Below, piece by piece: positions 56,993 through 64,000 of a DNA stretch of 64,000 nucleotides (within the stretch, counting starts at the first letter, position 1; every line of letters starts with the position of its first letter). Source of the stretch: an uncultured Clostridia bacterium (lineage in GTDB: Bacteria > Bacillota > Clostridia > TANB77 > CAG-465); NCBI GenBank assembly GCA_934169925.1, contig CAKPOO010000001.1:90383-154382 (forward strand), written 5' to 3'. The notes under the pieces are model-generated. The model saw only the letters and a program-made list of their open reading frames with translations, had not been told where the DNA came from and made no database searches. The translations under genes and the position numbers were made by a program.

Positions 56993-57751
56993 ATGAAGTT
57001 TATATCTTGGAATGTTAATGGATTAAGAGCATGTATTACAAAAGGATTTGAAGATTTTTTTGAAAATATTAATGCTGATATATTTTGTATACAGGAAACT
57101 AAAATGCAAGAAGATCAAGCAGAAAATATAAATTTTAAAGGTTATTATAAATATATGAATTCAGCACAGAAAAAAGGATATTCTGGAACTGCAATTTTTA
57201 CTAAAATAAAGCCTATAAATGTAGCGTATGGTATAAATATTGATGAACATGATTTAGAAGGTAGAGTTATTACTTTAGAATTTGAAAAATTTTATTTAGT
57301 TAATTGTTATACTCCAAATTCAAAAAGAGAGTTAGAAAGACTAGAGTATAGGCAAAAATGGGAAGATGATTTTAGAAAATATTTAAATAATTTAGATTTA
57401 ATAAAACCCGTTATATTATGTGGAGATTTAAATGTTGCACATAAAGAAATTGATTTAAAAAATCCAAGTACAAATCATCATAATGCAGGTTTTACTGATG
57501 AAGAAAGAGAAAAAATGACAGCTCTTTTAGAAAGCGGCTTTGTTGATTCGTTTAGATATTTATATCCTGATAAAAAGGATGAATATTCTTGGTGGTCATA
57601 CATGAGAAATTCAAGAGATAAAAATATTGGATGGAGAATTGATTATTTTATTGTATCAAATAAATTAAAGGAAAATATAAAAGAGGCAAGCATTTATTCA
57701 GATGTTTTTGGAAGCGATCATTGTCCAATTGGACTAGATGTTGAGGTGTAA
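56993..57751 (+). CDS. xth: exodeoxyribonuclease III
   Basis: SWNVNG, QETK, GDLNVAH and SDHCP motifs. Confidence 0.92.
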   Translation: MKFISWNVNGLRACITKGFEDFFENINADIFCIQETKMQEDQAENINFKGYYKYMNSAQKKGYSGTAIFTKIKPINVAYGINIDEHDLEGRVITLEFEKFYLVNCYTPNSKRELERLEYRQKWEDDFRKYLNNLDLIKPVILCGDLNVAHKEIDLKNPSTNHHNAGFTDEEREKMTALLESGFVDSFRYLYPDKKDEYSWWSYMRNSRDKNIGWRIDYFIVSNKLKENIKEASIYSDVFGSDHCPIGLDVEV

Positions 57752-57752
57752 T

Positions 57753-58487
57753 ATGGCAAGAAGATTTATTGTAAATGACGAAGATATAAAAATTTTAAGT
57801 AATAATTGCTTTGAAATATCTGGTAATGAGGTAAAGCATATACAAGTATTAAGGCATAATGTTGGGGAGTTAATTGTTGTTAATAAATATATATGCAAAA
57901 TATCAAAAATGACAAAAAATACAGTGATTTTAGAGATTGAAGATGAAGCACCAAATAGAGGAATACCAAATATTAATTTAACTTTATATATGGCTATGGT
58001 AAAAAACGATAAAATGGACTTTATTGTGCAAAAAGCTGTTGAACTTGGTGTTAAAAAAATAGTACCTTTTTTATCTTGTAATGTTATTGTAAAACTTGAT
58101 GAAAAATCAAAGAAAAAAAGAAAAGAAAAACTACAAATTATTGCAAATGAAGCGTGCAAGCAATGTGGGAGAACTGATTTAGTAGAAGTTTCTGATTTTA
58201 TATCTTTTGATGGAATGTTAAATAATTTAAGAGGTATTAATTTATTTGCATATGAAAATGAAAAAAATAGTTTAAAGGAAAGTATAAATAATATTAAAGA
58301 TAAACTAGCTAGTAAAGATGTTAGTATTAACTGTATAGTAGGTCCTGAGGGTGGTTTTACAGAAAATGAATATAAATTATTAAGTAAAGCTAAGGATACT
58401 TATACAATAAGTTTAGGAAGTAGAATATTGCGTGCAGAAACAGCAGCACTAAATATAATATCAATAATTATGTATGAATTTGATTAA
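57753..58487 (+). CDS. rsmE: 16S rRNA (uracil1498-N3)-methyltransferase
   Basis: MARRFIV N-terminus, PUA-like domain, C-terminal GPEGGF and LG.RILRAETA motifs. Confidence 0.88.
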   Translation: MARRFIVNDEDIKILSNNCFEISGNEVKHIQVLRHNVGELIVVNKYICKISKMTKNTVILEIEDEAPNRGIPNINLTLYMAMVKNDKMDFIVQKAVELGVKKIVPFLSCNVIVKLDEKSKKKRKEKLQIIANEACKQCGRTDLVEVSDFISFDGMLNNLRGINLFAYENEKNSLKESINNIKDKLASKDVSINCIVGPEGGFTENEYKLLSKAKDTYTISLGSRILRAETAALNIISIIMYEFD

Positions 58488-58509
58488 AAATAACAAGGCA
58501 TAAACCTTG

Positions 58510-59406
58510 CTATTTTTGTATATGTACAATATTTACAGCACTAGGTAGTACTTTTAAATGTAATTTCTTTTTATAAATTACTTCTCCGTCAATACTAACA
58601 GGAAAATCTTTAGTAGATACAATAGTAACTTCTTTTGAATTTTGCATATGACATTCTTTTAATGTAGTATGTTTACTTTTATTATATTTTGGAAAGAAGC
58701 GAACTTTTTTTAGTATAGTAGTAGAATCAATAACACAAGTATTTAGTATTCCATCTGTTACCAAAGCTTCTGGGCAAGGTGAAATACCACCACCATAAAA
58801 TTTTCCATTAGTTACAGCTACTAAAGTAAAATGTCCTTTTAAAACTCTTGAATTATCATTATCGAATTTTATTTTAAATTTATAATTTTTATTTTTTAGT
58901 AGAGTATAAAGAATTGCTAAATTATATTTCATTTTACCTGTAATAAGTGGAAAATTCCTAAATATATCAACATTTTTTGCAACTAATGCATCAAAACCAC
59001 AATTTAAAATATTTACACAATACATATCATTGTTAACTTTTATAACATCTGTTTTTGTAGAAGGTGTGTTAATAGACTTTTTTATAATTTTTCTCATACT
59101 TAGGTATGAAGAAACGCTTTTTATAAAATCATTACCAGTGCCACATGGAATTACAACAATTTCAGAATCACTACCTATAATACCTGAAATTGCTTCATTT
59201 AAAGTACCATCTCCACCTAAAACATAAAATCTACATTTATGTTCATTAGATAATTTTTTTACTGTTTTAGTAAAATATTTTGGATATTTTGATACAATAA
59301 TATCTGCTGTAATGTTATTTTTATTTAATAATTTTTTTGTTGCGATTGCAAGTTTTAATCCTTTTTTCTTACCAGAAAATGGATTTGCTAATATATAATG
59401 TTTCAT
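58510..59406 (-). CDS. diacylglycerol/lipid kinase family protein (YegS/DagK-like)
   Basis: GGDGTLNE motif and GTGNDF motif. Confidence 0.82.
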   Translation of the reverse strand: MKHYILANPFSGKKKGLKLAIATKKLLNKNNITADIIVSKYPKYFTKTVKKLSNEHKCRFYVLGGDGTLNEAISGIIGSDSEIVVIPCGTGNDFIKSVSSYLSMRKIIKKSINTPSTKTDVIKVNNDMYCVNILNCGFDALVAKNVDIFRNFPLITGKMKYNLAILYTLLKNKNYKFKIKFDNDNSRVLKGHFTLVAVTNGKFYGGGISPCPEALVTDGILNTCVIDSTTILKKVRFFPKYNKSKHTTLKECHMQNSKEVTIVSTKDFPVSIDGEVIYKKKLHLKVLPSAVNIVHIQK

Positions 59407-59516
59407 AAATATTACCTCTTTTAATTATTTTAGCACATAAAAGATTTTTTTACCATATTTAATTCTAATAAAATATATTGTGAATAAAATATAGTATATA
59501 AAAAAGGGGTATTTTT

Positions 59517-60137
59517 ATGAGAAAAAAATTTATTAGAAATAATTCAAATCCAAGTAATAGAGGTATGTATAACAAATCTGGCAATATTACATCTAGTTTT
59601 GCTTTTCCTTACTATCTAAATTATGGAATGACAGGGCCAAATATTGAATGGTTACAAAAAATGCTTGTTGGTGTTGTTAATGTTTTACCAAGCTTACCTG
59701 TGTTAAATATTGATGGTGTTTTTGGAAGAAAGACAAAAGAGGCTGTAATTGAATTTCAAAAATTACAAGGTTTACCAATAACTGGAAATGTAGATAATAT
59801 AACTTTTGAAAAATTAAATGAGTTATATAAACTTGGTAGAATGAATGAGAAAAATTATATAAGAGAAGAGTTTTATGATATGTCTGCAAATGTGATTAAG
59901 CAGGGAGATAATAATAAATATGTTGTTGACTTACAAGAATCATTAAATAAAATTAGTTTAAAGTATCCTGTAATTCCAATGGTAAATGTAGATGGAAATT
60001 TTGGAGAAAAAACAAAGGAAGCAGTACTTGCTTTTCAAAAGAATTTTAATTTACAGGCAGATGGTGTAGTAGGTACTGTTACTTGGATGGCAATAGACGA
60101 TGTCTTAGACGGAAAAAAGATTCAATTTGACAGTTAA
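59517..60137 (+). CDS. protein with two peptidoglycan-binding (PG_binding_1) repeats
   Basis: Two copies of the pattern DG.FG.KTKEAV..FQK...L...G.V. Confidence 0.7.
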   Translation: MRKKFIRNNSNPSNRGMYNKSGNITSSFAFPYYLNYGMTGPNIEWLQKMLVGVVNVLPSLPVLNIDGVFGRKTKEAVIEFQKLQGLPITGNVDNITFEKLNELYKLGRMNEKNYIREEFYDMSANVIKQGDNNKYVVDLQESLNKISLKYPVIPMVNVDGNFGEKTKEAVLAFQKNFNLQADGVVGTVTWMAIDDVLDGKKIQFDS

Positions 60138-60206
60138 CATAAATTATGGTATAATCTTTTAGTATTTCAAATTTTATAATTTTATAATTAAAATTAGGAG
60201 GAAAAA

Positions 60207-60497
60207 ATGAAAGAAACAAGAAATGATTGCAACAATATTTTTAAAGAAAGAGAGGATTTGAAATTACTTAAGACTTTGTTTGAGTTTGATATCAAAAAAA
60301 CAGAAGATACTTATTCAAGCGTTAAAGAAATTGCAAAAGATGAAAACGTAGATGAAGATATCATAATTTGGAATATCTTTAAGAAGTATCAGTTAAGGCT
60401 TATAAATTTCGATGATATCAAACATAAAAGACTTGGCAGGATTGTTATTCCAAACTCTACTCAGGTTGCAAGTATGAAAGCTAAATTATTAGCTTAA
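60207..60497 (+). CDS. hypothetical small protein (96 aa)
   Basis: TAGGAGG RBS and a strong terminator at 60511-60541. Codon style enriched in AAG/CAG/AGG. Confidence 0.6.
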   Translation: MKETRNDCNNIFKEREDLKLLKTLFEFDIKKTEDTYSSVKEIAKDENVDEDIIIWNIFKKYQLRLINFDDIKHKRLGRIVIPNSTQVASMKAKLLA

Positions 60498-60510
60498 GTA
60501 TTAAATTTTT

Positions 60511-60541
60511 TGAGGTGGTAAAAAATACCACCTCATTTTTT
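60511..60541 (+). terminator. terminator after the 60207 gene
   Basis: TGAGGTGGTA-AAAAA-TACCACCTCA followed by TTTTTT. Confidence 0.8.
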
Positions 60542-60619
60542 ATGAAAAATAATTAAAATTTAACTAGACTAACATAGAAAAAAGTGATATAATTTCTAAT
60601 GCTTAGGAGATGGTAGATA

Positions 60620-61117
60620 ATGTCTTTAAATATTGTTTTGGTAGAACCAGAAATACCACAAAATACAGGAAATATAGCAAGAACTTGTGCTGCAATTGGT
60701 GCAACACTTCATTTAGTTTATCCTCTTGGATTTGATATATCAGAAAAAGCCGTAAGAAGAGCAGGACTTGATTATTGGGATAAAGTAAATATTGTTACAT
60801 ATGAAAATTTAGAAGATTTTAAGCAAAAACATAAAGATGATAATATGTATTTATTATCTACTAAATCTAAACAGTCATATACTGATGTTAAATATCATGA
60901 TGGAGATTATTTAGTCTTTGGTCCTGAAACTAGAGGATTGCCAGAAGATTTTATTCTTGAAAATTTTTCTTATGCAGCAAGAATTCCAATGAGAGAAACT
61001 CTAAGATCACTTAATCTATCTAATAGTGTTGCAATTGTTGCTTATGAGGCGTTAAGACAAATAGATTTTAAAGGATTAGAAGAAGAAAGCAAGTATTTTG
61101 ATAATAAAAAAAAGTAA
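60620..61117 (+). CDS. trmL: tRNA (cytidine/uridine34-2'-O)-methyltransferase
   Basis: IVLVEPEIPQNTGNIARTC N-terminus and SpoU-fold C-terminal knot (LNLSNSVAI). Confidence 0.88.
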   Translation: MSLNIVLVEPEIPQNTGNIARTCAAIGATLHLVYPLGFDISEKAVRRAGLDYWDKVNIVTYENLEDFKQKHKDDNMYLLSTKSKQSYTDVKYHDGDYLVFGPETRGLPEDFILENFSYAARIPMRETLRSLNLSNSVAIVAYEALRQIDFKGLEEESKYFDNKKK

Positions 61118-61134
61118 TATAAATTGGAGGATAT

Positions 61135-62121
61135 ATGTACACAAATGACAATCAAGATTTAATAAAAATTAAAGTATTAGGTATTGGTGGAGCTGGTAAT
61201 AATGCAGTAACAAGAATGCTTGATGATAAGATAAAAAATGTTGAATTTGCAATAGTAAATACTGAAGAACAAATATTAAATAAATTAAATGTAAAAAAGA
61301 AAATTCAAATTGGTAAAAAACTTACACTTGGACTTGGTGCAGGTGCAAATCCTACTATAGGTGAGCAAGCTGCTTTAGAAAGTATTGACGAAATAAAAGA
61401 GTACTTAAAAGGTACTGATTTGTTATTTTTAACAGCAGGCATGGGTGGTGGAACTGGAACTGGTGCTACTCCTGTAATTGCAAGAATTGCAAAAGAAATG
61501 GAAATACTTACAATTGGTATTGTAACAAAACCTTTTTCATTTGAAGGAAAATCTAGACTTGCTAAGGCAAAAGATGGAATTGATAGTCTTTATGAAAATG
61601 TTGATGCTTTAATAATTATACAAAATGATAAATTGATAAAAATTGCTGATAAAACAACGAGCTTAGAAGATGCATTTTATTTTGCAGATACAGTATTAAA
61701 ACATGGTGTAAAAAGTGTTATTGATCTTATAACTAGTATTGGTGATATAAATATAGATTTTGCTGATGTAACTGCAATTATGCAAAATAAAGGAATTGCA
61801 TATATGGGAATTGGTAGAGGAATTGGTCCTGATAGAATGATATCTGCAACAAAAATGGCTATTTCTAATCCACTTACTGAAGAAAGAATTAATGGTGCAA
61901 AAGGCGTTATATTTAATGTAAAAGGTTCTGAAAATGTAGGTATAATGGAAATTAATGAAGGAATAAAACTTATAAATGACGTTGTTGATGAAGATGCAAA
62001 TATTATTTTTGGTACAACAATAGACAATAATATGGGTGATGATGTGTTTGTAACAGTTATTGCAACTGGTATAGAAGATACAAATAAAGAAACACAAAAT
62101 GATACTCAATTTAATATATAA
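61135..62121 (+). CDS. FtsZ-family tubulin-like GTPase, short form without C-terminal linker/peptide
   Basis: GIGGAGNNAV, GLGAGANP, tubulin signature GGGTGTG, T7 loop NIDFADV. Ends about 16 aa after the globular core. Confidence 0.85.
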   Translation: MYTNDNQDLIKIKVLGIGGAGNNAVTRMLDDKIKNVEFAIVNTEEQILNKLNVKKKIQIGKKLTLGLGAGANPTIGEQAALESIDEIKEYLKGTDLLFLTAGMGGGTGTGATPVIARIAKEMEILTIGIVTKPFSFEGKSRLAKAKDGIDSLYENVDALIIIQNDKLIKIADKTTSLEDAFYFADTVLKHGVKSVIDLITSIGDINIDFADVTAIMQNKGIAYMGIGRGIGPDRMISATKMAISNPLTEERINGAKGVIFNVKGSENVGIMEINEGIKLINDVVDEDANIIFGTTIDNNMGDDVFVTVIATGIEDTNKETQNDTQFNI

Positions 62122-62123
62122 TA

Positions 62124-62154
62124 AAAGTACGTATTTTTTTGATACGTACTTTTT
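62124..62154. terminator. bidirectional terminator (ftsZ-like / glmU-like)
   Basis: AAAGTACGTAT-TTTTTTG-ATACGTACTTT. Confidence 0.75.
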
Positions 62155-62157
62155 ACA

Positions 62158-63174
62158 TTATATGTTTTTATTTTTTATAACTTGGTAAGGTTCTATTTTT
62201 GTAAAATCTTTAATAGTACTTGAGTCTATAGTACTAGTTTTTACTAAAACATTATTTCCAATAGTTGATGAGATAATATATGAATTAGGACCTATTATAC
62301 AATTTTCTCCAATTATTGTATTACCTTGTATATTAGCACCAGGATAAATAATAGTATCTTTTCCTATTTTTGTATCTAAGCTAATATATGTGTTATTTGG
62401 ATCTATTAGAGTAACACCATTATTCATATGATATTTTCTTGTTTTATTTAGCATAGTATTTGTTGCAAGAGATAATTCTTCTCTTGAATTAATACCTTGA
62501 TATTCAGTTATATCAGCAATTGTAAGGACACCAAAATTAAAACCTTTTGCTTTTATATGAGATGGCACGTCAGTTATGTAATATTCATTTTGAGCGTTAT
62601 TATCATCAAGTTTACCAAGAGCATCTTTTAATAGATTTCCTATAAAACAGTAAACACCAACATTAATTTCACAAATTTTTTCTTCGTCTTCAGTACAGTC
62701 TTTACTTTCAACAATTTTTTTTAAGTTGCCGTTTTCGTCACGAATAATTCTTCCTAACTTTCCTGGTTTATCAATAATAGCAGATAAAACAGTGCCACCA
62801 TAAGAACCTTGTTTTGTAAAAGAAATTAAAGATGTAATTGTTTTAGGTGATATAAGTGGTTGATCTCCGTTTATAACTAAAACGATATCATCATCGTTAA
62901 TTTTATCTACTGCTTGCATAACTGCATGACCAGTTCCAAGTTGTTCTTTTTGTAATATACAAGTTAAATTTTCTTTATCTTTTAAATGATTTTCTACAAG
63001 ATTTGCTTTGTGTCCAACAATTACATATATTTCATCTATATTTGACTCTATACAAGCATCATATACATAATCAATTATTGTCTTATCATAAATTTTATGT
63101 AATACTTTTGGTAAATCAGATTTCATACGAGTTCCTTTTCCACCTGCAAGTATTATAGCTTTTGTTTTTCCCAT
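62158..63174 (-). CDS. GlmU-like sugar-1-phosphate nucleotidyltransferase with truncated left-handed beta-helix
   Basis: N-terminal AIILAGGKGTRMKSDLPKVLH and LGTGHAV. Only a short run of hexapeptide repeats precedes the stop. 338 aa. Confidence 0.7.
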   Translation of the reverse strand: MGKTKAIILAGGKGTRMKSDLPKVLHKIYDKTIIDYVYDACIESNIDEIYVIVGHKANLVENHLKDKENLTCILQKEQLGTGHAVMQAVDKINDDDIVLVINGDQPLISPKTITSLISFTKQGSYGGTVLSAIIDKPGKLGRIIRDENGNLKKIVESKDCTEDEEKICEINVGVYCFIGNLLKDALGKLDDNNAQNEYYITDVPSHIKAKGFNFGVLTIADITEYQGINSREELSLATNTMLNKTRKYHMNNGVTLIDPNNTYISLDTKIGKDTIIYPGANIQGNTIIGENCIIGPNSYIISSTIGNNVLVKTSTIDSSTIKDFTKIEPYQVIKNKNI

Positions 63175-63315
63175 AATAAGATACCTCCTACAAAAAGAAT
63201 TATATCATATACATTTACTAAGTACAAGTATATTAGTTTTGATATATAAATATGAATATTTAATTGAAAAAAGACAAAAAATGTTGTAAAATGATACATT
63301 GTAAGGAGAAAGAAA

Positions 63316-64000
63316 ATGAAAGTTGCATTTTATACGCTTGGTTGTAAAGTAAATCAATATGAAACTGATTTAATGATCGAAAATTTTAGAAAAAATAATT
63401 ATGAAATAGTAGACTTTTTAGAAAAAGCAGATATTTATGTTATAAATTCATGTAGTGTAACTACTGTTGCAACAAGAAAAACAAGACAAATGTTAAGCAG
63501 AGCTAAAAAGAAAAATGGAATAGTTGTTTTATGTGGTTGTTATGCACAAGAAATCGAAAATCAAAAAATAGATAATGTTGATATAGTAGTAGGAAATGAA
63601 GAAAAAAACGATGTTGTAAAAATTGTTGAAGAATATATATCAAAAAATAGCAAAAAAAATATAGTATATAAAGTTGCAAATATATCAAATATTAAAAAAT
63701 TTTCACAAACAGATTTGCTAGAAAAAGGAATTAATATTAGAGAAAGTTTAAAGATTGAAGATGGTTGTAACAATTTTTGTAGTTATTGTATAATACCATA
63801 TTTAAGAGGAAGAGTTCGTAGTAAAGATATTAGTAAAATTGAAGAAGAAACAAAAAATCTAGTAAAATCAGGTGTAAAAGAAATTGTTGTTGTTGGAATT
63901 GAAATTGCATCTTATGGTAAAGATTTAGAAGATGATATAAATCTTGTCGATGTTATAGAAAAAATAAGCAAAATAGATGGATTAGAAAGAATAAGACTTG
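63316..64000 (+). CDS. mtaB: MiaB-family methylthiotransferase, MtaB-like (3' end outside window)
   Basis: My own translation from ATG 63316 (after AAGGAG) is open to the window end: MKVAFYTLGCKVNQYETD... with radical SAM motif CNNFCSYC. This ORF is absent from the supplied track. Confidence 0.8.
   Translation, partial: MKVAFYTLGCKVNQYETDLMIENFRKNNYEIVDFLEKADIYVINSCSVTTVATRKTRQMLSRAKKKNGIVVLCGCYAQEIENQKIDNVDIVVGNEEKNDVVKIVEEYISKNSKKNIVYKVANISNIKKFSQTDLLEKGINIRESLKIEDGCNNFCSYCIIPYLRGRVRSKDISKIEEETKNLVKSGVKEIVVVGIEIASYGKDLEDDINLVDVIEKISKIDGLERIRL

Noticed and set aside
57734-58159. 141-aa antisense ORF inside rsmE. Similar antisense or alternative-frame ORFs occur at 489-761, 1680-2096, 2358-2624, 3515-3829, 11045-11353, 16894-17295, 20975-21241, 45615-45857, 47414-47737, 61677-62109 and 63503-63773.
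   Set aside because: Each is fully overlapped by a gene with clear family motifs. Their translations are low-complexity (Ser/Phe/Ile/Leu-rich), as expected from the complement of AT-rich, purine-rich coding strands.
1-64000. Scan for CRISPR arrays, rRNA genes, IS elements, prophage structural genes and riboswitches other than the T-box.
   Set aside because: I found no regularly spaced direct repeats, no rRNA-like sequence, no transposase or integrase-like ORFs, and no capsid, terminase or tail genes. Other intergenic regions are short and are explained by promoters and terminators.

Overview
AT-rich chromosomal segment from a spore-forming Firmicute, probably Clostridia-like (spoVT, spoVS and spoVFB homologues, a T-box leader, a Cheo-type LexA site). 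About 67 protein genes and one tRNA-Leu(UAG) are present. Nearly all lie on the + strand and most are housekeeping: dusB, rmuC, nrdDG-nrdR, lepA, rlmB, asnB, lexA, rimO, rho, argS, recD2, ruvB, queH, thrS, pta-ackA, peptidases, a SEDS protein, rRNA/tRNA methyltransferases, alr, rnhB, xth. No CRISPR array, transposase, integrase or rRNA was seen. Five regions stand out. (1) 2983-8270: a KAP-family P-loop NTPase followed by tandem paralogous cassettes of unknown function. The cassettes are driven by a triplicated promoter-leader module, and a small HTH protein and another orphan gene sit alongside. This is my best candidate for an undescribed conflict or defence-type system. (2) 12886-13149: a small ORF between nrdD and nrdG carries a copy of the NrdD glycyl-radical peptide. 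The two 96-nt copies differ only at 6 synonymous sites, so this may be a GrcA-like spare part for class III ribonucleotide reductase. (3) An apparent repeat-containing insertion inside NrdD. (4) 22561-23366: a two-gene cassette with atypical composition sits between tRNA-Leu and a duplicated copy of its CCA end plus terminator. (5) Several unusual paralogues: an FtsZ without the C-terminal peptide, a truncated GlmU-like protein, an orphan ClpP-like protein, an orphan SpoVFB and a ThrRS lacking the TGS domain. All functional calls come from reading motifs in the supplied translations against remembered family features. No database search was run.
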